Positions 20,301 to 28,926 of a stretch of DNA of 32,000 nt are shown piece after piece (position 1 is the first letter of the stretch; the number at the start of each line of letters is the position of its first letter). The position numbers were made by a program, and so were the translations under genes. This DNA is from an uncultured archaeon (GTDB lineage Archaea; Asgardarchaeota; Thorarchaeia; Thorarchaeales; CAZPUN01). The notes under the pieces were generated by a model. That model made no database searches. It saw only the letters and a program-made list of their open reading frames with translations, and had not been told where the DNA came from. The stretch is taken from NCBI GenBank assembly GCA_964589775.1, contig CAZPUN010000007.1, positions 1 through 32,000 of the forward strand, given 5' to 3'.

Positions 20301-21807
20301 TGAAAACGACTTAAAATCTATCTATGATACTATTCTTATTCGTGAAGATAATGCTTTAAACGCGGGAATGTTCAAAGAATTATTAAATATGTCTATGAAA
20401 TTATTTGAAAAGATCTCACATTGTAAAGAAACAACGCTAAAATTAACTCAAACAGATTTCGCAAGAGTATTAATTGATATTTCGCAAAAATTGAATCTGT
20501 TCGGAGAAACTACTATTGAGATTATTAAAAAGCTCTACGAAATCTCGGAATACGAAAATGCCTTGGTGTGCTGGAAATATACTATGGAATTTGTTATTTC
20601 TTTAGGAGACAAAAATACTATTACAAGTCTATACGACACCATCTTAGAATATCCAGAATTAATTCAAAAAATGACCAGTGAAGACTTCATAAGGTACATC
20701 CCAATAGCAGTAGATGTAAACCATAGAGATGCACTCATAACTTTGATAACTTCGAAATATATCAGCAATGTCGTAGAAGATCCAGAGGAATTCATAACAG
20801 ATCTTTCAAGCTTAGACAGTCTAATTAAGGACATTAGAAGTCTTCCAATAGAACAACAAAAGAACCTCATTCAATATATTATCAAGTTTTCGAACATACT
20901 TCCAAATATTATTAATCATGTGTTGAAATCAAAGGATCCCTCGGATGAAATCTACGTAAGAGTTTCAACTGCAGTTGGAGCGTTCCTCGCAATTTCTATT
21001 TCAAATGAATATTATGATACGTCAGAAATTATTGAGGAGCAAATAAAATTCTGGTTCAGCACAAATAATGCAGACGCTGTTGTTGCATTCTTAGAAAGTA
21101 TCATGAACAATCTAAATGAAAAATACCGAGCCTCATTGCTAAATAGTTTCTTCGAGAAAGTGGAAGCAGTCGAGATAAATGCTACAACAGCTAGAGTTTA
21201 TGCAGAGGTCCTACGTGCTCTTACAAAATACATGAAGAAAAACGGCGAGAAAATCATGAAACAATCAGCAAAAATCCTCGCTTCTGTTCCAGCAGGACCT
21301 GGTCTCATTATTCCATTTATTGTTCCAAAATCTAAAGATGAAGAACCACCCATCAAGACAAAGAGCCCAGAGGACTTGACAAAACTCGTACTCGATATCA
21401 CTTCATATATTCTAAAATCTACAAAAGTTACCCCTAAGACAAAGGAAGAACAAGAAATCTATGTGACGATGGGCGAGAATCTTGATAGGCTTACGAAATA
21501 CTTCAGAGAACGCGCTGGACTTACAGACTGGCTCATAAAAGACGAAAAAGAAGCGAAAAAACTCAAGAAATACAAAGGGTTCTTCGACAAAACATTGGAT
21601 ATATTAAAGATCATATTTGATACATATCCGAAGCTCTCTCAAGACCTCCAGGAGAAAATATATCCGCATATGAGAGATATAACAGAATCGCAATTATATT
21701 ACTGGAGTGCCATCGGCGAACTGAAAATCCGAAGGTATCTATGTCAAAAAATAAACGTACTCTTTTCAAATGAACCCGAACTTAAGATGTCATGCTTTGG
21801 ATTCTAA
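17329..21807 (+). CDS. Large cytoplasmic protein: N-terminal longin/DENN-like (GAP1-N2/GAP1-M-like) module plus a long alpha-helical, solenoid-like region
   Basis: 1492-aa ORF with a GGAGG SD and no signal peptide. N-terminal b-b-a-b-b-b-a pattern, then LFKAICHLMPISERNNFAFISY. The remainder is amphipathic helices. The CDS is certain; the domain call is inferred. Confidence 0.6.
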   Translation: MEPLSSVIIEIEGSNLKVTNKSEDVNEELIQQVNKIIQSTLQPESVSDKIVGMLNISDRYIVIYANLSEERIRVRYVVLNYETYKKFDFNPYILIDSVGEKINSNDVSLEISDLKEKIPNEDLEAAFKYPGGKDTIIFLMEHAMKSKDPEYIIGKEKAPANTLFKAICHLMPISERNNFAFISYANKPIKNYFKYLYTSKETFVNFDIELAKGLKTITLDDFSIKAPSGAKTKYGKFLAALLERNMDDAVKFMYDINGIIRARTASYKILKNIPDNYVDYIRGINTLKAANSPDEAISRLKGFKSIYLDSSRIIDLINRAWKYFEDAQKNEDLKIQNVANTLSDVLRKHISNLKTVAAQEGTNENVTKYITEEIIPKLEVLVPINAKASLGLFSTIYEEYISDKSFGLSKPILDIALFVINTFKSSDESIVVKLNQMMLQILNQEDIIRYTLETSNYLSIPKLLMDDTVFLMNSLLSIEKKVQLEVNLGHFSEIITKHLKNGNIDDSVVRNITMKIIDIIVSWTAKRLQEDKPVFELFDPTFDLIIAYNFSDQMTVNEKISFGIFGCKVSIIEQHIQAFEKYVKFSVDAENIEIDNIHKSSSFRQLLNILDEITELRTIFKRAKEITNTKFEFEKKVSPEFINEQGLNLFKYIYKLYEKSEECRYQILYRFEKLLPHIHSDNIDDIKEIVIMTHNEAIKLKNNNLDDRAISLFNIALSGLSKIEEYTAYIEIANELIPIISSPNVLSQYAFQFIDLYEKLTAETLVKYHDLIKSIVYRIYPSKKDLALSIMLKELNILKILNPDLYFETINYNITLSVSDNKIVAKLFNELLSSRDIDANRFITLTAETMIKAYKNNKEILDSIIEATLFSLITHNEFDDALKILDIVFSKIQDAFKDFAREYLKILLRVPINTLLMFIDRVFAANVSEATIISIALQKNAIDSNNMVYALPITQKIGLSIIPEAYTEYIQNVNEIINNFTRVDCEDYIKFENDLKSIYDTILIREDNALNAGMFKELLNMSMKLFEKISHCKETTLKLTQTDFARVLIDISQKLNLFGETTIEIIKKLYEISEYENALVCWKYTMEFVISLGDKNTITSLYDTILEYPELIQKMTSEDFIRYIPIAVDVNHRDALITLITSKYISNVVEDPEEFITDLSSLDSLIKDIRSLPIEQQKNLIQYIIKFSNILPNIINHVLKSKDPSDEIYVRVSTAVGAFLAISISNEYYDTSEIIEEQIKFWFSTNNADAVVAFLESIMNNLNEKYRASLLNSFFEKVEAVEINATTARVYAEVLRALTKYMKKNGEKIMKQSAKILASVPAGPGLIIPFIVPKSKDEEPPIKTKSPEDLTKLVLDITSYILKSTKVTPKTKEEQEIYVTMGENLDRLTKYFRERAGLTDWLIKDEKEAKKLKKYKGFFDKTLDILKIIFDTYPKLSQDLQEKIYPHMRDITESQLYYWSAIGELKIRRYLCQKINVLFSNEPELKMSCFGF

Positions 21808-21895
21808 AATCCTACCCTCTTTTCTATTTTTAAGAAAAATCATATATATTAAATCAAACAAATTTATATTTATTCAAAATTCATGAGGGTTTTTT

Positions 21896-23914
21896 ATGCC
21901 AAAACAAAATATCTTGTTTCAAAGAGAATACTTGACGAATTTTGCGCGATTAGTATCAAAAACTGAACCACCAATATTATTAACAAATCCCTCTTGGAAA
22001 TCAGAAATAAATGTAGTTGCCGTAGATGACAAATATGTATATACCGGTCAATTGAATGATATGGTGGGGATCTGGAAACGTGGTACATGGATACACGTGG
22101 GGACAATTTCAGGATTTGAAAATGATATCACAGACATAGCATTTGATGATAAATATATCTACATAGGAAATTCTGATTATGAAATAGATATATTTCAAAA
22201 GGAATCATGGGAATTTGTAGCCAAAATGAAGGGAGATACTGATTTCGGCAAAAGAATATCTGTTGATGATAAATTTCTGTATGTCTTATCTCAAAAAGGA
22301 GTAATAATCTATTCAAAAGAAAACCGCGAGCAAGTTTCAATACTTGAGTTCAATTTAAACGAAAATACATCATTAGACATTGATGACCAATTTGTATATT
22401 GTGGAAATAGAGATGGCAAGATTAGAATATGGGAGAAGAATTCATGGAAACAGATCACCGAAATAGAAGCACATTCATGGTCCGTTTCAGCTCTCACCCA
22501 TGATGAAGAATATTTGTATTCCGCATCATGGGAAAATGATATCAAGGTATGGAAGAAGAACTCATGGGAAAATATTGCAATTATGAAAAAACATACATCA
22601 TTTGTTTCAGATATTGTACTGTGTGATAATTATATAATAAGCGTGTCATATGACATGCAAGCCATTAGATGGGAGAAAAATACATGGAAATTACATTCGA
22701 TTTTTCTAAAATCTCCAGATGTAATCACTAGCGTCGCCATTGATGATGAATTCATTTATATGGGTACTAAAGGAGAGAGAGTCTTCATTTTGGACAGAAA
22801 CACGTTTTCATTAATTGATCCCAGGAAAGAACTACCACTAACGATTAATACTTTGGCTATTGATGATAAATATGTATATGCAGGTGGGGAATATGACTTT
22901 CTGAAAATATTCAATAAAGAATTCGAGATTGTAGAAATTCTGAATGGACATGAAGGAAACGTACTTGCGGCAGCTGTGGATGACAAATACATCTACACCG
23001 GTTCAGATGATGAAACAATTCGTGTTTATGAAAAAGGATCATGGAAACATATCAAGACTCTAATGGACCATAGAGAATCTGTAACTACATTAACAACTGA
23101 TGGACGATATTTATATTCTGGGTCCAGGGATAATACAGTTAAGGTCTGGGATAGAGAAACATGGAAATGTATCGCAACTCTGAAAAACCATAGATTGTGG
23201 ATTATTGCATTAGCCGTAGATGACAAATATGTATATTCATGTTCGACAGATGGAGTTCTGGTAATCACAAGTAAAGAAACATGGGAACCAATTACCTATT
23301 TTGAAGAAGATATAGAAACATTTGGAATAGATGAAAAATACTTGTACTTATCCTCAGAAAAGTCCATATATGTCTTGGATAAGGAGTCCCGCAAAACTAT
23401 AACAACATTAGAAGGATACGTTTCAAACATAGAATCAATATACGCAGATGAAGATTACTTATATACTGGCAGCATAAATGGAAATTTTGTCATATGGAAA
23501 AAATCAACATGGGAACCGATAGGCATATTCGATGGTCATTGCTGTTCAATAAATGCTATTACTGGAGATGATAAATTCATATATACTGGCTCATCTGATA
23601 AGACCGTTAGAAGATGGCCCAGATGGATCGCAACCCAAAACGAAGAAGAAATGAGAAAATTTATCCTAAAATTGTTTGAAGAAAGCGAAACACTGACAAT
23701 TCAAGATTATGAATCATATTATTGGGCATCATGGTATAGTGATGTATTGAAATTTATTATGGATAGCGATTCTGAACTTGCAGAAGAAGCAAGGTATCAC
23801 TTGATAGGCATTACGAAAAAACAGATGGATTATATCAACGAAAAAATTGGTTCGAAGTGGAGTATGTACGAAATACAACATCTCATGAAAATAATTAAAA
23901 AGTTGAACATATAG
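21896..23914 (+). CDS. WD40-repeat protein with 14 repeats (two 7-bladed propellers) and a helical C-terminal tail
   Basis: Fourteen ~40-aa units with D[DE]xY[IVL]Y cores, e.g. GHEGNVLAAAVDDKYIYTGSDDETIRVYE and YSGSRDNTVKVWD. Confidence 0.92.
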   Translation: MPKQNILFQREYLTNFARLVSKTEPPILLTNPSWKSEINVVAVDDKYVYTGQLNDMVGIWKRGTWIHVGTISGFENDITDIAFDDKYIYIGNSDYEIDIFQKESWEFVAKMKGDTDFGKRISVDDKFLYVLSQKGVIIYSKENREQVSILEFNLNENTSLDIDDQFVYCGNRDGKIRIWEKNSWKQITEIEAHSWSVSALTHDEEYLYSASWENDIKVWKKNSWENIAIMKKHTSFVSDIVLCDNYIISVSYDMQAIRWEKNTWKLHSIFLKSPDVITSVAIDDEFIYMGTKGERVFILDRNTFSLIDPRKELPLTINTLAIDDKYVYAGGEYDFLKIFNKEFEIVEILNGHEGNVLAAAVDDKYIYTGSDDETIRVYEKGSWKHIKTLMDHRESVTTLTTDGRYLYSGSRDNTVKVWDRETWKCIATLKNHRLWIIALAVDDKYVYSCSTDGVLVITSKETWEPITYFEEDIETFGIDEKYLYLSSEKSIYVLDKESRKTITTLEGYVSNIESIYADEDYLYTGSINGNFVIWKKSTWEPIGIFDGHCCSINAITGDDKFIYTGSSDKTVRRWPRWIATQNEEEMRKFILKLFEESETLTIQDYESYYWASWYSDVLKFIMDSDSELAEEARYHLIGITKKQMDYINEKIGSKWSMYEIQHLMKIIKKLNI

Positions 23915-23939
23915 GCTATTTTCAGTCTTTTTAATTAAT

Positions 23940-23974
23940 AAAAAAATAAAAAAAGGATTAGTGGAAATTAATCC
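23940..23974 (-). terminator. Hairpin plus U-tract terminator
   Basis: GGATTA(23955-60)/TAATCC(23969-74) overlapping the stop codon, followed by long U runs on the minus strand. Confidence 0.6.
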
Positions 23975-26900
23975 ATTCCTATCTTGGGACCTGGACCAGG
24001 ACCTGGACCCGGAGGTACCTTCCTGAACGTCTTAGTTGCATATGTAGTATCGCCTTCTGAATCATACATAACGAGTTTAAGTGTATGTGTACCGTAAGCT
24101 AACGAAGAAATGCCAAAATAGCCATACCAGTAATTACTGCTTTTAGTGAGCGTGCCGTAATATTTGTTATCGATATAGACCTTAATATATGCGATTCCAT
24201 CTGGATCTGATGCATATGCCTTCACATAAAGTTTCTTGGTGCTTGATAGATAACTAGCTAAGCTTATTGTTAGTGTGCCTGCGAAATCGCCAACGCTAAG
24301 AGTTACTGTCTTCTGTGTCATGCATCCAAAGATATCATAAACCTTGAACACAATCCTATAGGTTCCTTCTCTGGGTGGCATCCAGTTTGCAGTGTAATAT
24401 CCATTGCTATAGGACATCGAGACTGTATTGATGATGCTTGAGCCTTTCATAATTACAGCTTTAACTGATGAGATACCATTAGGATCAACTGCGTGTATCT
24501 TAAGATTTACATTGGTATTTCCATCGACTGAGCTTCCAGGACTGGAAACTCCAATCGTTGCAGGTATTGGCTTATACACGGCAAGCCAAAATGCATAAGT
24601 CATAGTATTTCCTTCGTTATCAGCACTCTTCAGAATGAAGCGAAGCACTGTGTAAATCTTGAGCCCAAGAATGTCATATAGATTTACGTGATATCTACGT
24701 ACTATCTTAGAGTATAGCAATTTACCCTTAAATTCTGTACTCGTATGAGAAACAACTGAACCCGATACGGTAGCTGCCTTGTATGTTTTCTGTGCATATA
24801 TCACAGATATCTGAGCTCCTGAGGGATATGTATCATAGATTTCATATCCATATCCGTAATGTCTTTCAAAGTCAAAATATACAATGTTATCAATACTGAT
24901 ATCATCAAACATCCAGTTTCCTCTGGCTAAGAATGCATCTACTGTTAGTATTCGTTCAAATGGGAACTTGGTATGCAAATCATGAAGCAGATCGAGCTTC
25001 ACATTATTCCAATCGTCCTTCTTCAAATTCAATGGCAGATGCAGATATCCGCTGCTTACGTAATATGGCTGGAAGTTTCCGGGGTGATACGTTAGATACA
25101 TATGATAGTGTGTTGTATCGATACGTATGAATAGATACCAGAAATTATCTGAGGGCTTAGCAACAAAGTTGAATTCAACTCTGTCTGTATATCTAGGTCG
25201 GTGTCCATCATCGGTATTATAGCTGTGTCGTGGAGTGAACCAAAGTCGGAATCCATTATCTGTACCTGAACTAACAGTACGAAGTACCTTACTAGACTCA
25301 TTGACATAGATATCAAGCTGCGATGGATAATTGATATCTACACCACTGAATACAGTGTATCTATGTGTTCCGGAACCATATGGAAGATTATTGTATTCTA
25401 ATGTAAGTTTGCGATCTTCAAATGTAAAATCAAAATCACGCTCACCTACAGGAATTGCAGAACTCTCGCTTGGTGGATTCACACTTAGAGGATGATTGGC
25501 ACTAATTATTGGTGCTTCCCAATCACATGGCTTTTCAACGTAGTATAGCTTGGATGCCTTAGAAACAAGACCGGCATTATCGATCGCAACAGCATAGAAC
25601 ATGTGCCAGCCTTCTTTCAGATTATATTGATCCATACGGCGATATAAATCCATATGCACTTTCCAGATTCCCTTCCATCCGCGTTTGCCTGAAACCTCTC
25701 CAACTCCAGCTGCATCAACTTGAGAACTTACAAGTTCTATGAAACCATTATCATTGCTTGAACTAGATGTGGATCTCCAGACATGACCCGCTTTATACTG
25801 AATACCTACAATTTCCACGGTAATTGAAACGCCTTTCTTAGTTGAAGGTGCAATTACATGACGTGGAATATAGTGTGGATCTAGGACTAATTCGCCGTTT
25901 ACAATGTAGTATTCGAAGGAACCAGGGATTATTTCACCACGAGCGAGATGAATTGTATTTCCTGAATACCATGGGCCCCAAATTTCTATATCATTGCCAT
26001 AGCCTACCTGACGAACGCTGCCAGATGAACTCATGAATGCTAATGCAAAGCCAGATACATTAGGATTATGTATCCTAACTTTAGGTCGTACCATATATAC
26101 GCCAGTCTTAGATAACGTGTACGAATATTCAGGATTTGATTGAGATAGTGTAGCCTGTACAGATACAGTTTCAAATCGAGTGTGTCCTGCTTCAGGATCA
26201 TCAATGTATAAATACACAGAAGAAACTTTGTTGTTAGTGATCTTATTGCCATTGATTACGGGATGCTCATCAAAGGTATAAATCTCTAATGTAGCATTAT
26301 CTCCAGAGAGTGGTAGAGTCTTATTGATATGAATTATAAGTGGAATTGAACCAAAATCACCGAGTAAGTCGCATCCGATTAGGTTTCCGATTTTCTTAAG
26401 TATTTTCGCTCCATTCTGAATAATCTGTTGATATATAGTGAATGATATAGAGCCAGAAGAGCCGTAGTTTATACTTTGATCTAATTGAGAGTTGGGAGTA
26501 ATGAAAGTTACAAATGGTGGCGTATGATCAAAAGCTGAACCTTCAGTTATTTCAGCTCCTGCTATTTCATGAAAGCCACCTTCAACAAATTTCATACCCC
26601 AAGGAACTTTCCAGTTCAGCTGGGCTTCCCATAGTACGTTAGCGATATACGTTGAAGGTGAAGTTTTCGTTCCAAACGGAAGGAAAATAGCATTTCCACC
26701 CATGCGGTCTATGAGAGAGAAGTCAAATTCTTTCTTGATAGGTCCAAGACCAATTTCACCACTGATTTTGAACCTAGCTTCAAGAACTGGCCAATAAATG
26801 ACGAATTTCTCGAATATTGTCTCATTCGACCTGATCTTAATGTGACCATCTAATGTAAAGCTCATCTTGAATTGGACATCAAGAGTTACCTTTAATACAG

Positions 26901-28419
26901 GTGTTTCGAACTCTAAGTTTAATACGAAATTACCCTGACCATTGGGCAATCCATATTTCGTTGCACTGAACAAAAGATCGATACCATCGTCTGTTTCTGT
27001 GGCTACAACCCATATTGTAGCAACCTTATCTGGACCTATTGTGAGCTTTGGTAGCATACTTTTCAGTTTCTTAACGAGACCAGTATCATTCTCGTTTGCT
27101 GTATACTTTGCGAAGTCAACAACAATAGCACTTCCGGGAGTAATGATGATTCCACCGTAAAATCGCGTAAATCCTATTATAGGACACCTTGATGTGAACC
27201 ATACTTCAAGGGTTCGCTCACCGTATTGACTTGGAATCTTAGAGTATCCAATAAGCTTGTAAATTGTATCATCTGGGTTTCCAGTTGTAGAACGATATAA
27301 CTTGCCATTGTAAGAACTATTTATAGTTGCTCCAGGATTGTTATGGTCACTTGCGTAGTACTCTAATAGAATATCAAAGTAGAAAAATCCACTGATATCC
27401 ACATAGGATGTTATAGGAACTCCGTAAACTACAACTTCTTTCTCCAATCTTAATGTTATCTTAGTGAAAATTTGAAGGACCTTTGAATACACATCTGCAT
27501 CTAATACATCCTCGGAGAAGACCTGCTCCTTTACGGATGCTGCAAACTCAATTTTTATTGGACCCTTAGAAAACTCAAAGTGTAGGAACTTGTTTATTGC
27601 TTTGATGATAATGTTCTCAACGTCTTGTTCTGTAATTATGACTTCAGGTGGATCTTCAGAAGTAAATATCTGATAGAACAAACGAATAATTGTATTAATT
27701 GGACCGTTGGGGTCATCTAGACCAAGATTGTGTAATGTATTGTTTATGAATTCTTGGAATTTCTTATAATATGGGTTCTTCCAATGCAATGCTTCCATAG
27801 TCTCAATAGGATTAATGGTACGCCCAATTATTGATACATAATTGTCTTCATCATTAATGAATTCGGAAATATGTACCAATAATGGATTGTCCTTCTTGTT
27901 CTGTGGCGTATGAATTTCGCCATACTCAATAGCTGTAATCACTGTTGCAGGAAAGTAGTCAATGGCTTTATCAAAGCCACGAACATCATAGTAGGAATTA
28001 CCAATGTATTTCTTAATAGTGTTGGAATAACACGATACAAACAAATGTGTCTTAACATGAGTGTTCTGAACATCTAGGGCTATCCGCTTCCATGAGACAT
28101 GATTACTTCCGATAACTAAACCGGATTTATCACCATGGAAGACATAAATGAATGTTGAGGCACTCGAAGACCACAAAGATGAATCAATCATCTCTGTATA
28201 GTCGCTTATGTAGTATACCGAGTAGTCGACATAGCTGTCAAATAGTTGATCAAACAAATCAACTGATTTTGATGCAACAGCATCATTCTTCTCGGCAAAT
28301 ATAATTGTCGAATGTGTTTCAGTGGTCGGCTCGAAAATGAGCCCCTGTACTGAAATTGTAGATGCCATACTACCCAAGAGTAGTACGAGCAGAAATAGAC
28401 TCACGTGCGTATTCTTCAA
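23968..28419 (-). CDS. Large secreted multidomain protein: caspase/CHAT-like His-Cys domain, beta-rich core, jelly-roll and Ig-like domains, Pro-Gly tail
   Basis: TTG start at 28419, 9 nt after GGAGG. Signal peptide; YVFHG...LFVSCYS; Ig-like units (DHTPPFVTFITP...AVAIDNAG, AVDPNGISSV, ASDPDGIAYIKVYID); ends PPGPGPGPGPKIGMD. Confidence 0.75.
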   Translation of the reverse strand: MKNTHVSLFLLVLLLGSMASTISVQGLIFEPTTETHSTIIFAEKNDAVASKSVDLFDQLFDSYVDYSVYYISDYTEMIDSSLWSSSASTFIYVFHGDKSGLVIGSNHVSWKRIALDVQNTHVKTHLFVSCYSNTIKKYIGNSYYDVRGFDKAIDYFPATVITAIEYGEIHTPQNKKDNPLLVHISEFINDEDNYVSIIGRTINPIETMEALHWKNPYYKKFQEFINNTLHNLGLDDPNGPINTIIRLFYQIFTSEDPPEVIITEQDVENIIIKAINKFLHFEFSKGPIKIEFAASVKEQVFSEDVLDADVYSKVLQIFTKITLRLEKEVVVYGVPITSYVDISGFFYFDILLEYYASDHNNPGATINSSYNGKLYRSTTGNPDDTIYKLIGYSKIPSQYGERTLEVWFTSRCPIIGFTRFYGGIIITPGSAIVVDFAKYTANENDTGLVKKLKSMLPKLTIGPDKVATIWVVATETDDGIDLLFSATKYGLPNGQGNFVLNLEFETPVLKVTLDVQFKMSFTLDGHIKIRSNETIFEKFVIYWPVLEARFKISGEIGLGPIKKEFDFSLIDRMGGNAIFLPFGTKTSPSTYIANVLWEAQLNWKVPWGMKFVEGGFHEIAGAEITEGSAFDHTPPFVTFITPNSQLDQSINYGSSGSISFTIYQQIIQNGAKILKKIGNLIGCDLLGDFGSIPLIIHINKTLPLSGDNATLEIYTFDEHPVINGNKITNNKVSSVYLYIDDPEAGHTRFETVSVQATLSQSNPEYSYTLSKTGVYMVRPKVRIHNPNVSGFALAFMSSSGSVRQVGYGNDIEIWGPWYSGNTIHLARGEIIPGSFEYYIVNGELVLDPHYIPRHVIAPSTKKGVSITVEIVGIQYKAGHVWRSTSSSSNDNGFIELVSSQVDAAGVGEVSGKRGWKGIWKVHMDLYRRMDQYNLKEGWHMFYAVAIDNAGLVSKASKLYYVEKPCDWEAPIISANHPLSVNPPSESSAIPVGERDFDFTFEDRKLTLEYNNLPYGSGTHRYTVFSGVDINYPSQLDIYVNESSKVLRTVSSGTDNGFRLWFTPRHSYNTDDGHRPRYTDRVEFNFVAKPSDNFWYLFIRIDTTHYHMYLTYHPGNFQPYYVSSGYLHLPLNLKKDDWNNVKLDLLHDLHTKFPFERILTVDAFLARGNWMFDDISIDNIVYFDFERHYGYGYEIYDTYPSGAQISVIYAQKTYKAATVSGSVVSHTSTEFKGKLLYSKIVRRYHVNLYDILGLKIYTVLRFILKSADNEGNTMTYAFWLAVYKPIPATIGVSSPGSSVDGNTNVNLKIHAVDPNGISSVKAVIMKGSSIINTVSMSYSNGYYTANWMPPREGTYRIVFKVYDIFGCMTQKTVTLSVGDFAGTLTISLASYLSSTKKLYVKAYASDPDGIAYIKVYIDNKYYGTLTKSSNYWYGYFGISSLAYGTHTLKLVMYDSEGDTTYATKTFRKVPPGPGPGPGPKIGMD

Positions 28420-28926
28420 TAGAAATCTCCTCCACACGAAGGTCAATTATAAAAACAAAATATTAATTTATAAAATTTATTTACAGCGCATTTATAAAAA
28501 TTAAATAAATCGTTAATTTATTTTTTAAAAGTTTTCAGCACATTTTTTTACATTTTTGCAGACCACTAATAAACCAATTTGCAATTAATAAAGCGTTTTT
28601 TTGCATGAACTTTGTTTGTATCCGATATATCACATAGAACTTGGCGCTATAACAATTAAAATTATATATCTGAAATATATTAAGGTTATAGTTAAAATTG
28701 AGCGATTAAATTGATTTATAAATCTAAAAAATGAATATTATCCAATTTTCGATTTTTGCACATAACCTTATTTTATTAATGAGATATCTGAAATAATGAA
28801 AAAAATTTTTGAGAATATAAATTTCATATCATAAGCATTTAACAAAATTTGAATACGAATTATTTTAAAACTTACAAAAAAATTTAATCTACGAATCTGC
28901 GAAAATTAATTTGTAGTAATAAGGAT

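Noticed and set aside
17329-28446. Two convergent ORFs both listed as exactly 1492 aa
   Set aside because: The sequences are unrelated, and the minus-strand gene most likely starts at TTG 28419 (1483 aa), so the match is a coincidence.
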